Virus record (IMG/VR): IMGVR_UViG_3300025608_000006
Source: a virus
Taxonomy: Duplodnaviria; Caudoviricetes
Strand: one strand, 5' to 3'
Length of the DNA: 64,000 bases
A program made the translations under genes and the position numbers. Under the pieces are notes generated by a model. The model worked only from the letters and a program-made list of their open reading frames with translations, searched no databases and was not told the DNA's origin. This document shows, piece after piece, positions 21,801 through 29,956 of the stretch (positions are counted from its first letter, which is position 1; every line of letters starts with the position of its first letter).

Positions 21801-22226
21801 CGTGATACACTATATTCAAACGCAATTAACCCAATTACGTTTATTAGTGGCGCAGGACTTGTTGTATTTGGTCAAAAGACTCGTGCAAGAAATGCAAGTG
21901 CATTGGATCGTGTGAACGTAGCACGTCTAACTGTTTACTTACGTGGACAGCTTGAGCTATTGGCTAAGCCATACTTGTTTGAACCAAATGATAAGATCAC
22001 AAGAGATCAAGTCAAAGCAGCAGCAGATGCATTGCTACTAGAGCTAGTAGCACTAAGAGCACTATACGACTTCCTAGTAGTGTGTGATGAATCAAACAAC
22101 ACACCATCAAGAATTGATCGTAACGAGCTTTACTTAGATATTGCCATTGAGCCAGTTAAAGCAATTGAATTTATCTACATTCCATTGCGTATTAAAAACA
22201 CAGGCGAGATTGCAGCACTAGGTTAA
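18873..22226 (+). CDS. Contractile tail sheath protein (1117 aa)
   Basis: MALVSPGVEVNVIDES N-terminus; PWFAPAGTRRG, LYSNAINPI, VFGQKT, ALDRVNVARL, FEPND, IEPVKAIEFIYIP. Confidence 0.95.
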   Translation: MALVSPGVEVNVIDESFYTPAAAGTVPMIFVATATNKTKSSGTGTAAGTTKANAGRPYLITSQRELGETFGDALFYSDNNGNMIHGGELNEYGLQAAYSTLGVSNRAYVVRADLDLAELTASATAPGGEPADGAYWMDTSTSNYGILAWNSAEISTSGGQSFTAQDPLVITVVTDLVGNTEGNYPKESIGSIGQYAVDANDNMNRLYFKSAGNTEAGVDAGEWVEVGSDAWKNSHATLTTAKLSTTTLTLGDTLTINGLTTTPTTGTTMADVVTGINDRAIDGITAALVDNQVEIYADSTAMSDGATADGKIAISAGTGDLLTDLALTAGTYSSPRVATAPHTNVPEFKDSDDNPAPTGSVWIKTTTPNGGAKLSIRQYNAATQLWSSVTTPIYTTSEGAIYGLDAAGGGANLAAGALYAKVNTEELTNPIVNYKVFTRATTGATTVTGSVISNQFTAAATYTFTLQETKVASNSLSTSSGVSITAAGDSSDSETIVAAINALGMTNVVALVDSQNRIVISHKLGGDIKMIDTDGGLALAGFVPASVANLYNGPDSDNDDAADTAEGIVASNWKPLVYTASGTEPLNLPAQGQLWYNSVVDEVDLLVHNGEAWVGLAYDGASGLSDIASPYSGTDPEGPIVAASEPTKQADGTTDLVNGDIWISTADIENYPAIYRYNGTLSEWVLLDKADQTTENGVLFADARQGDTGGTADDAPSATIAELMLSDYVDTDCPDPALYPKGMLLWNLRKSGFNVKRFERNYVDTAEKNIRQGGVDAGASMAAYYPHRWVTDSGNQADGSGSFGRHAQRKSVVQALQATVNSNQDIRDEESRQFNLIATPGYPELIGEMITLNYDRRLTAFVIGDTPFRLTPDATSLNEWATNVKLALEDNDNGAVSFDEYMAMYYGSGFTSDNAGNNIVVPPSHMALRTIVLNDQVAFPWFAPAGTRRGGVSNATSSGYITSEGEFKSVALNTGQRDTLYSNAINPITFISGAGLVVFGQKTRARNASALDRVNVARLTVYLRGQLELLAKPYLFEPNDKITRDQVKAAADALLLELVALRALYDFLVVCDESNNTPSRIDRNELYLDIAIEPVKAIEFIYIPLRIKNTGEIAALG

Positions 22227-22237
22227 TATGCGCATAT

Positions 22238-22266
22238 AATGAGTGGAGAATAATCTCCACTCATTT
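22238..22266 (+). terminator. Hairpin/terminator after the sheath gene
   Basis: AATGAGTGGAGA-ATAA-TCTCCACTCATT, followed by only a short T run. Confidence 0.55.
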
Positions 22267-22295
22267 AAGCATAAATACTGTATAGGAGATTAAGA

Positions 22296-22940
22296 ATGCC
22301 AATCACAACATTACAAAATATTAGTGTACCTACAGAAGGTGCTGGATCTAACTCGTCATTATTGATGCCTAAGTTACAGTATCGCTTTAGAGTATTACTA
22401 GACAACTTCGGTACAACTGGTGGACCAGACGGTACAAGAGAAGTTTCAAGACAAGTAGTAGACGTAACTCGTCCAAACGTAAGTTTTGAGCAAATGACAA
22501 TTGAAGCTTACAACTCAAGAACATATCTTGCTGGTAAGCATACATGGGAACCAATTACACTTACACTACGCGAAGATGCAAACAACAACGTACAAAAAGT
22601 TGTTGGACAGCAGCTACAAAAGCAGTTCGACTTCTTCGAACAGTCCAGCGCAGTATCAAGTGGTACTTACAAGTTCCAAACTAGTATCGAAATACTAGAC
22701 GGCGGCAACGGCGCAAATGGTGCAAACATAATTGACCGATTCCGCTTAGTAGGTTGCTATATTGAATCGGCTAATTATAATACATTAGCATATGCTACTA
22801 ACGAAGCAGTTACTACTTCATTAACTATTCGTTATGATAACGCTATCCAATTTGGTGCAGACGAGTCATTCGAAGGCATCGGCGAAGCAGTTACAAGAGC
22901 AGTAGCAGCAGGCATCGGCGGCACAACTGTAACTGGCTAA
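22296..22940 (+). CDS. Tail tube protein
   Basis: PKLQYRFRV, VDVTRPNVSFE, AGKHTWEPITLTLRED, SLTIRYDNA; follows the sheath gene; own TAAATA at 22272. Confidence 0.85.
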   Translation: MPITTLQNISVPTEGAGSNSSLLMPKLQYRFRVLLDNFGTTGGPDGTREVSRQVVDVTRPNVSFEQMTIEAYNSRTYLAGKHTWEPITLTLREDANNNVQKVVGQQLQKQFDFFEQSSAVSSGTYKFQTSIEILDGGNGANGANIIDRFRLVGCYIESANYNTLAYATNEAVTTSLTIRYDNAIQFGADESFEGIGEAVTRAVAAGIGGTTVTG

Positions 22941-22971
22941 TACGTTTAGTTAAGGTTGGTGTTTTATATAG

Positions 22972-23008
22972 AAAGCGGAGATTGTTAATTCAGTCTTCGC
23001 TTTTCTTT
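22972..23008 (+). terminator. Rho-independent terminator
   Basis: AAAGCGGAGATTG-TTAATT-CAGTCTTCGCTTT followed by T-rich tail; the G-U pairs fit the + strand. Confidence 0.7.
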
Positions 23009-23043
23009 ATATATGCACATTATACATAAGGATAAATATTAGT

Positions 23044-24270
23044 ATGAGTTTAAAAGATGCATTCCTGTTCAACCTACAATCAGAAACACACTTGCGTGAT
23101 GCTCGTCATGCGAACCAAATTTATACTCAAAATAATTTTGCCTTTTCGCCTAAAACAAAATACATGTATCATGTTAGGTTTGAACCTAACGAAGAAGTCG
23201 GCAACAGTGCTACATCAAATGTATTTAGATTTCAAAAAGAAATAGGTATACTTGTTAAAAGTGCAGATCTGCCAAGTTTTAGAGCAAGTGTAGAAAACAA
23301 ACAACAGTACAATCGTAAAAAGAATGTACAAACTCGTGTTGATTATCAAGACTGTAGAATTGCATTTCATGATGATAATACTGGAGTTACTAGAGCGTTA
23401 TTGGAAGAATACTATAGATACTATTTTGTTGATGCTAATCAAGCAACAACTGGAAGTAATGGTGCATACGTACCTAGAGACAAGTATTTTGAAAAAGTAC
23501 CTTCGTACGGATTAGATAACGGCAAAAGAAATCCGTTTTTTAAATACATCACAATATATCAATTATCACGCAGAGAGTGGGTAGCTTATACACTAGTTAA
23601 TCCGTTACTTACAGCGTGGGATCACGGTAGTGTTGAGTCTAGCGGCACAGACTTTAACGAAAACACAATAAGTGTTGCATACGAAGCAGTTCAATATACT
23701 AGTGGAACAGTTGCAGGAGATACACCAGCAGGGTTTGCAGACGCAAACACAGGTTACGATGTAGAACCAAGTCCACTAGGGTATCTCGATAACGCAATGA
23801 TTCAAGGTAATGACGGCGGCAAAGGATTACTTCCTTCGATATTAGGCTTGGGAACATCTGCATTATTAAACAAGGCTTTTGGCAATAGCAATAGTCCAAG
23901 TAAAAATATAATTAAACAAGTGGCAACTGGTGTAATAGGCAGCGTAGTGTCTAACGTAATATCACAAAATCGATTACCGGTGCCTGATCCGCAAAATCAA
24001 CAAGAAGCAGCAACTTCGCAATCGGATAATTCAAGATCGTTAAGAGCATCCACTATCAATACGCTATTGTCAAATCCTGCTATTGCAAGTCAAGTAAATC
24101 CTGCATTAATTAATAGTGGCGCTCTTCCCAACGTAAGTATTAACGATTATAATAATGCATCAGCTTCGCAAAAAGCATCATACGATGCACAAATATCGAC
24201 TAGTATTGCTAATGGTGACCAAAAGTTAACACAAGTCGCATCAAATACGTTAAGTAAATTAGGTTATTAA
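23044..24270 (+). CDS. Tail-tube-like baseplate / tube-initiator protein
   Basis: Tube-fold-like segments (ILVKSADLP, AFHDDN, YTLVNPLLTAWDH, TISVAYE). Confidence 0.6.
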   Translation: MSLKDAFLFNLQSETHLRDARHANQIYTQNNFAFSPKTKYMYHVRFEPNEEVGNSATSNVFRFQKEIGILVKSADLPSFRASVENKQQYNRKKNVQTRVDYQDCRIAFHDDNTGVTRALLEEYYRYYFVDANQATTGSNGAYVPRDKYFEKVPSYGLDNGKRNPFFKYITIYQLSRREWVAYTLVNPLLTAWDHGSVESSGTDFNENTISVAYEAVQYTSGTVAGDTPAGFADANTGYDVEPSPLGYLDNAMIQGNDGGKGLLPSILGLGTSALLNKAFGNSNSPSKNIIKQVATGVIGSVVSNVISQNRLPVPDPQNQQEAATSQSDNSRSLRASTINTLLSNPAIASQVNPALINSGALPNVSINDYNNASASQKASYDAQISTSIANGDQKLTQVASNTLSKLGY

Positions 24271-24280
24271 GGAACATCAT

Positions 24281-24655
24281 ATGTCTAAGTCTGTATCAGA
24301 TAGTACAAATATTAATAGTAATTTAGAACTAACACCTGAATATTTTAATAATTTTTATAACATAGAAATAAGTTATAATCCTGGTGAAGTTGATGCAGTT
24401 ATTGGTTATTTCCTTAAAAGAGGTTTTGAAAAAACTGCTGCAATCAACACAGCAAGTGTACTATTACAACAGGCAAAAATAGACAATCTAAATGTTCAAA
24501 CACTAATTGATACATTAAAAGGTGTAACAGACGTACAACTAAGTTTAATTGTCGCTCAGATACTTAATTTTAATAGAGCTAAAACTAGTGTATTAGGGTT
24601 TAGAGACAGTAATACTCAGCAAGAATTGTTCGAACAAAGAAACGTTGTAATATGA
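24281..24655 (+). CDS. Hypothetical structural-module protein
   Basis: 124-aa ORF with AAGGAA RBS inside the morphogenesis cluster. Confidence 0.6.
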   Translation: MSKSVSDSTNINSNLELTPEYFNNFYNIEISYNPGEVDAVIGYFLKRGFEKTAAINTASVLLQQAKIDNLNVQTLIDTLKGVTDVQLSLIVAQILNFNRAKTSVLGFRDSNTQQELFEQRNVVI

Positions 24656-24656
24656 C

Positions 24657-25094
24657 ATGTCTAGATTTGCTCAAGGTAAATTCAATCTAAAAAATCCAGA
24701 AAAATATATAGGTAATAAGGCACCTACATATCGTTCAGGATGGGAATTTACTTTTATGAAATTCTGTGACGAGCATCCTGCAATTGAACAATGGGCAAGT
24801 GAAGCAGTACGTATTCCTTATCGTAATCCTCTAACTGGCAAACAGACTATCTATGTACCTGACTTCTTTATTTCTTATGCAGATAAAAGTACTAAAAAAC
24901 GTGTAGAACTTATTGAAGTTAAACCTGCTAATCAAGCAATGAGAGAAAGATTAGGCAAATCAAAACATAATCAAGCACATTATGTTGTTAATCAAGCCAA
25001 ATGGGAAGCCGCAAGAGCATGGTGCAAGCAAAAAGGAATTACATTCCGTATCGTTACTGAAGATGATATATTTCATACTGGGCGCAAAAGATAA
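24657..25094 (+). CDS. Head completion protein (T4 gp4-like, TnsA-type nuclease fold)
   Basis: YRSGWEFTFMKFCD, WASE, YVPDF, IEVKP, KWEAA, FRIVTE. Confidence 0.85.
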   Translation: MSRFAQGKFNLKNPEKYIGNKAPTYRSGWEFTFMKFCDEHPAIEQWASEAVRIPYRNPLTGKQTIYVPDFFISYADKSTKKRVELIEVKPANQAMRERLGKSKHNQAHYVVNQAKWEAARAWCKQKGITFRIVTEDDIFHTGRKR

Positions 25095-25123
25095 ATAATA
25101 GTAGCATATAATGGAAGGCTACC

Positions 25124-25633
25124 ATGACTAAGAAATTAGAAGATTTATTGAACTTGCCTGATTCAAAAGAAATTATTGAAGATGCAGAAGTCCAAGAAGC
25201 AGAGCAAAAGAAATACGAAATTGATCAAGCTGAAACATTTCGTGATATTGAAGAATTTGATAAAATTGCAAGTGCATTGCCTAGTGTAAGAGGACTGGGA
25301 CAAAAAGCAGACGAAGAACTAAACGAAATTGCCGACAAGGCAATGCAAGCATATGACGACTTAATGGACCTAGGCATGAACGTCGAAGCACGATACAGTG
25401 GTAGAGTATTTGAAACTGCTGGCGGCATGCTTAAAACATCTCTAGATGCTAAAGTTGCAAAGTTAGATAAAAAACTTAAGATGGTAGAATTGCAACTTAA
25501 AAAAGAGAAGATGGACAAAGATAGTACAGCACCCGGCGACGGCGACATTGTTAACGGAGCAGGGTATGTTGTTACTGACCGTAATAGTTTATTAGAGAAG
25601 CTCAAAGGTCTAGATAGTAGCGATAAAAAATAA
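25124..25633 (+). CDS. Probable terminase small subunit
   Basis: Helical 169-aa protein (RVFETAGGML..., VVTDRNSLLEKL) after head completion and upstream of terL; the call rests mainly on context. Confidence 0.45.
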   Translation: MTKKLEDLLNLPDSKEIIEDAEVQEAEQKKYEIDQAETFRDIEEFDKIASALPSVRGLGQKADEELNEIADKAMQAYDDLMDLGMNVEARYSGRVFETAGGMLKTSLDAKVAKLDKKLKMVELQLKKEKMDKDSTAPGDGDIVNGAGYVVTDRNSLLEKLKGLDSSDKK

Positions 25634-26454
25634 TGCTAATATATGGATCGTATGCTTTAAATTACTGGTTTGACGACTATTATAAATCTCCAACAGATAT
25701 TGATGTAGTTGTATATGATTCAAAATTATACAACTCCGAAATAATTAATGAATTAAAAGCTACAAAATTACCAGTTGAAATAACAGATTCGAGTGAGTCA
25801 TATTTTTTTAAAGAACTAGAAAATATGATAGAAGATTACTATCTAAATCCAACTGGGTTGCTCACTGTAAAAATGTCTCATGCAATGTATAATTACAACT
25901 TAGACAAAACAGTAAACGATATTATATTCTTGCAGCAAAAAGGCGTGACATACGATTTAGAAATCTTAAATATGCTACGTACACATTGGAAAGAACGTTA
26001 CAAAAATTTTAGAGAGACGATGAATTTTAATTTACCTCCTGAAGAGTTTTTTAATAGTTCAGTTAGTCGTTATGTTGAACACGACGAATTACATGATATA
26101 TTAAAATTAGATAGTATTCCTGCGTATAAGAAAATATTAGACAACGATGTAACTGTAAAAGTATCTCGAAAAAAGTTTGATGCACTTAGTCATGAAGAGC
26201 AAATGGCAACTGTTATTGAAGAAATATCTGTATTAGCATGTGAACGTTATTTTTATATTTTAGACGCAAAGACTGCGTTTATTCAAGCAGCGCAAGATTT
26301 TCTTACACGAATGACATCAGGCTGGTATAATATTTTTCTGTTAGAAAATATTCAAGCAGTATTTAATTTTAATAACGTCTCGCATTTTAATACTATGAAA
26401 CAGATTATGCAGTTTATCAGACGTGAACAATATCAACACAACGAAGATAAATAA
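25633..26454 (+). CDS. Pol-beta-superfamily nucleotidyltransferase-like protein (AT-rich insertion)
   Basis: IYGSYAL...PTDIDVVV (GS...DxD) motif; HDELH. Confidence 0.5.
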   Translation: MLIYGSYALNYWFDDYYKSPTDIDVVVYDSKLYNSEIINELKATKLPVEITDSSESYFFKELENMIEDYYLNPTGLLTVKMSHAMYNYNLDKTVNDIIFLQQKGVTYDLEILNMLRTHWKERYKNFRETMNFNLPPEEFFNSSVSRYVEHDELHDILKLDSIPAYKKILDNDVTVKVSRKKFDALSHEEQMATVIEEISVLACERYFYILDAKTAFIQAAQDFLTRMTSGWYNIFLLENIQAVFNFNNVSHFNTMKQIMQFIRREQYQHNEDK

Positions 26455-26481
26455 TACATATAGAACAGGGATCATTGCGCA

Positions 26482-27039
26482 ATGAGATCATTTACAGAAA
26501 TACTTACAGAGTCTAAAAAGACTTATGAATTTAAAATTGGAGTTGCTGGACCGTTACCAGAAGGCTTTGCAGACTCTATGGAAACATCACTTAAAAAGTT
26601 TAATGTTTCTAATATGACGTCAGGAAAGAAAACTCCAATTCAAGAACGTCCACTAGATTTCCCACAACTACAAAATATGGAAGTAACATACTTTGAAGTT
26701 GCTGTTGAATATCCAACTACAAGTCAAGTACTACAAGAGTATGTAGGTAAATGCTGCGGCGTTGATCAGGCATACATTATTGTACGCAATGCAAACGATC
26801 CAAGAGAAGAATATCAAGAAATGAAAGACGATACTCCGTATGAAGCTATGTTGACCAAAGAAGACATGGGCGGAGAAACTGCACAAGAAGATGTAGCAGG
26901 CAATCGTGTAATGAGTTTATTAAAAGAATTAGAAACTGCTCGCAAGGAAAATGAACACAGTGGTGCAGAAGGTGCTCCAGTTGGAGAATCATCTGATATT
27001 GGTGATGCAGAGAATACTAAAGCAGTTGTAGGAGGCTGA
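26482..27039 (+). CDS. Hypothetical head-module protein
   Basis: Late promoter at 26448; ESKKTYEFKI, IQERPLDFP. Confidence 0.6.
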   Translation: MRSFTEILTESKKTYEFKIGVAGPLPEGFADSMETSLKKFNVSNMTSGKKTPIQERPLDFPQLQNMEVTYFEVAVEYPTTSQVLQEYVGKCCGVDQAYIIVRNANDPREEYQEMKDDTPYEAMLTKEDMGGETAQEDVAGNRVMSLLKELETARKENEHSGAEGAPVGESSDIGDAENTKAVVGG

Positions 27040-27043
27040 AATT

Positions 27044-27937
27044 ATGGATATGAAAAAACTTTTAGAATCGATGGATCACATTGAAGAATGTGGAATGACA
27101 GAAATGCCAGCAGCAGCACTACCTGCACCAGAAATGGACAAAGGCAATCCAGTAACAGTAAATGTTAGTATGAACGCAAGTGGTAAAGAACATGTTGCAG
27201 ATCTACTAGACATGATGAAAAATGCAGGACTAGGTGGTGCAGAACCAGTAGGTGCTAAAATGCTTTCACCACGCATGGACATGGAACGTTTGTCAGCAAT
27301 GATGGATGAACCAGGCTTTGACGATAAAGAAATGCCACTTCCTAGCGGCGCTGAAGCAGATATGGAAGAAGTCGAAGAAGGCCAGTACGACGGTAAGAGC
27401 CGTGAAGAACTGTTGAAAATGAAAGCCCAAGCTGAAGCTGGTATTAAGAATATGCAATCCAGCGGCGACGGCGCACACGAAAAATTTTACGATGAAACAC
27501 AGATGATGATGGCGCAACAGCATCTTGACGACATCAACAATGCACTAAAGAAAGCAGAAGAAAGCGTTGAAGAAGAAGATTATGCTAACGAGCCTGATCC
27601 ACAATACGGTGACATGCGTGACGCTATCCCAGACGGCAATGATCTAAACCGTAAAAAGAAATCATATGCTGCTACACAAGATGGCGACAATCCAATGGCT
27701 GTTGAAAATATCAAAGCAGCATTGTATGCAGCATTAACTGAAAAGAAAAAGACTATGGTCAAAGGCCCAGATGGAAAAATGGTGCCAGACTATGCAGCAG
27801 ACGGCAAAGGCAAAGACGATCTCGGCAAAGGTAAAAAAGATACCAAAACTACTGAAGGTCGTGGCAAAGTAATGGCTGGACGCGGACGCGGCAAAGACAA
27901 GCTAATGGCTGGCAGAGGCCGCGGCAAGAAAAAATAA
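27044..27937 (+). CDS. Acidic head/core-like protein with basic MAGRGRGK tail
   Basis: MKKLLES start, Glu/Met-rich body, repeated GRGK C-terminus. Confidence 0.55.
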   Translation: MDMKKLLESMDHIEECGMTEMPAAALPAPEMDKGNPVTVNVSMNASGKEHVADLLDMMKNAGLGGAEPVGAKMLSPRMDMERLSAMMDEPGFDDKEMPLPSGAEADMEEVEEGQYDGKSREELLKMKAQAEAGIKNMQSSGDGAHEKFYDETQMMMAQQHLDDINNALKKAEESVEEEDYANEPDPQYGDMRDAIPDGNDLNRKKKSYAATQDGDNPMAVENIKAALYAALTEKKKTMVKGPDGKMVPDYAADGKGKDDLGKGKKDTKTTEGRGKVMAGRGRGKDKLMAGRGRGKKK

Positions 27938-27956
27938 ACTACGGTGGGGTTACGCC

Positions 27957-27982
27957 AAATAGGACCTTCGGGTCCTATTTTC
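27957..27982 (+). terminator. Rho-independent terminator with cUUCGg loop
   Basis: AAATAGGACC-TTCG-GGTCCTATTT-TC. Confidence 0.8.
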
Positions 27983-27998
27983 TTGAGTAAATAACTGT

Positions 27999-28349
27999 AT
28001 GACACAACACGATATTGATTGGTCCGCATATTTTGATAGTATAAAACCTGTTTGTCCATGGAGTGCAGCAGCATGGAAAAAGAGCGAAATTAAAATTACT
28101 CAATGGACAGGCGAATGGGAACACTTGGGCAACAATCAAGCTATTGTGTATATTGTTCCTAACTACAATCGTAGACGTTTAAAGAAACTGTGCAGCAAAT
28201 TAGATGTTAGTTTAGAATACGAATGGCTGTGGAGCGAACCAAGATACGGCGAGTATGCTGCACCTACACACATCTTAATTCAACAAGATCGCCGTAGACT
28301 GTTCGACCTAAGATTCGACACTGGTTATTACGACGATATAATAGGTTAA
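27999..28349 (+). CDS. Hypothetical protein
   Basis: 116 aa; TAAATA 5 nt before ATG; VCPWS motif. Confidence 0.6.
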   Translation: MTQHDIDWSAYFDSIKPVCPWSAAAWKKSEIKITQWTGEWEHLGNNQAIVYIVPNYNRRRLKKLCSKLDVSLEYEWLWSEPRYGEYAAPTHILIQQDRRRLFDLRFDTGYYDDIIG

Positions 28350-28356
28350 ATACAAT

Positions 28357-29937
28357 ATGGCAGCATCATTGGACGGCGTCTTAATTAAGAAGGCCAATAA
28401 ACAAGAAACATATACAAACGAGCAAGTTGAAGACTTGATGAAATGCATGGATCCCAATGAAGGATACTTGTACTTTGCTCGCAAGTTTGCTTTTATTCAA
28501 CACCCCGTTAAAGGCAAGTTGTTGTTCGATCCGTTTGAGTATCAGTTACGATTGATGCACAGCTATCACAACTATCGCTTTAATATTAACATGATGCCTA
28601 GACAAACAGGCAAGACCACATGTGCAAGTATCTATTTGGCATGGTATGCTATGTTTAATCCAGATCAAACTATTCTTGTTGCTGCACACAAGTACACAGG
28701 TGCGCAAGAGATTATGTCACGCATACGTTTTGTATATGAAACTTGCCCTGATCATATTAGAGCAGGTGTTACAAGTTACAACAAACAATCAATTGAATTT
28801 GAAAATGGATCACGTATTGTAGCACAGACTACAACAGGCAACACAGGACGCGGCATGTCAATCTCGCTACTATACTGCGACGAGTTTGCATTTGTGCAAC
28901 CTAACATTGCCGAAGAGTTTTGGACTTCAATTTCGCCTACACTAGCAACAGGTGGTCGTGCTATTATTACTAGCACACCTAACAGTGACGAAGATACATT
29001 TGCTACTATTTGGAAACAAGCAGAAGAAAAGTTTGATGCACATGGCAACGAACAAGAACTAGGATCAAACGGCTTTCACAGTTTTGTTGCACAGTGGGAC
29101 GAACATCCTGACAGAGACGACAAGTGGAAAGAAGAAGAGATTGGACGTATTGGTGAAGAAAAGTTCCGTCGAGAATACGGTTGCGAATTCCTAGTATTTG
29201 ACGAAACATTAATCAACAGTTTAAAACTTGCTGTTATGGAAGGTGCTTCGCCTATACTCAACATGGGACAAACACGTTGGTATAAAAAGCCAAGTCCACA
29301 ATACACATATGCTGTTGCATTAGATCCTAGTATGGGCACAGGCGGCGATAATGCTGCTATACAAGTGTTTGAATTACCGTCATATGAACAAGTAGCAGAA
29401 TGGCAACACAACCAAACTGCTATTCCAGGTCAGGTAAGAGTGCTTGCAGACATATGCAAATACCTACAACAAGAAACTAATAACACAAACGGTATATATT
29501 GGAGTGTAGAGAACAACGGCATCGGTGAAGCATGTTTGCTGGTTATTAACGACTTCGGTGAAGAAAACATTCCAGGCCTGTTTGTAAGTGAGCCTATGCG
29601 TAAAGGACATGTAAGAAAGTTCCGCAAGGGATTTAACACTACACATGGTACTAAAATCACAGCGTGTAGTAGATTAAAAACTATGATTGAAAACGACAAA
29701 ATGACTATTCATAGTAAACCATTATTATCAGAACTAAAAGGATTTGTTGCAACAGGTTCAAGTTATCAAGCTAAAAGTGGAATGGGAGACGATCTAGTGA
29801 GTGCTACACTATTGGCACTGAGAATGATGGCTGTACTCAAAGACTGGGATCCACGAATCTATAATACCTTTACACAAGCAGAAGATCAAGAAGATTATGA
29901 AGCACCTATGCCTATCTTTATAAGCACAAACTTTTAA
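28357..29937 (+). CDS. terL: Terminase large subunit
   Basis: MPRQTGKTT Walker A, LLYCDEFAFV Walker B, ITSTPN, REYGCEF, ALDPSMG, VENN, DDLVSA. Confidence 0.95.
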   Translation: MAASLDGVLIKKANKQETYTNEQVEDLMKCMDPNEGYLYFARKFAFIQHPVKGKLLFDPFEYQLRLMHSYHNYRFNINMMPRQTGKTTCASIYLAWYAMFNPDQTILVAAHKYTGAQEIMSRIRFVYETCPDHIRAGVTSYNKQSIEFENGSRIVAQTTTGNTGRGMSISLLYCDEFAFVQPNIAEEFWTSISPTLATGGRAIITSTPNSDEDTFATIWKQAEEKFDAHGNEQELGSNGFHSFVAQWDEHPDRDDKWKEEEIGRIGEEKFRREYGCEFLVFDETLINSLKLAVMEGASPILNMGQTRWYKKPSPQYTYAVALDPSMGTGGDNAAIQVFELPSYEQVAEWQHNQTAIPGQVRVLADICKYLQQETNNTNGIYWSVENNGIGEACLLVINDFGEENIPGLFVSEPMRKGHVRKFRKGFNTTHGTKITACSRLKTMIENDKMTIHSKPLLSELKGFVATGSSYQAKSGMGDDLVSATLLALRMMAVLKDWDPRIYNTFTQAEDQEDYEAPMPIFISTNF

Positions 29938-29956
29938 TCAAGCGGATAAATACATT

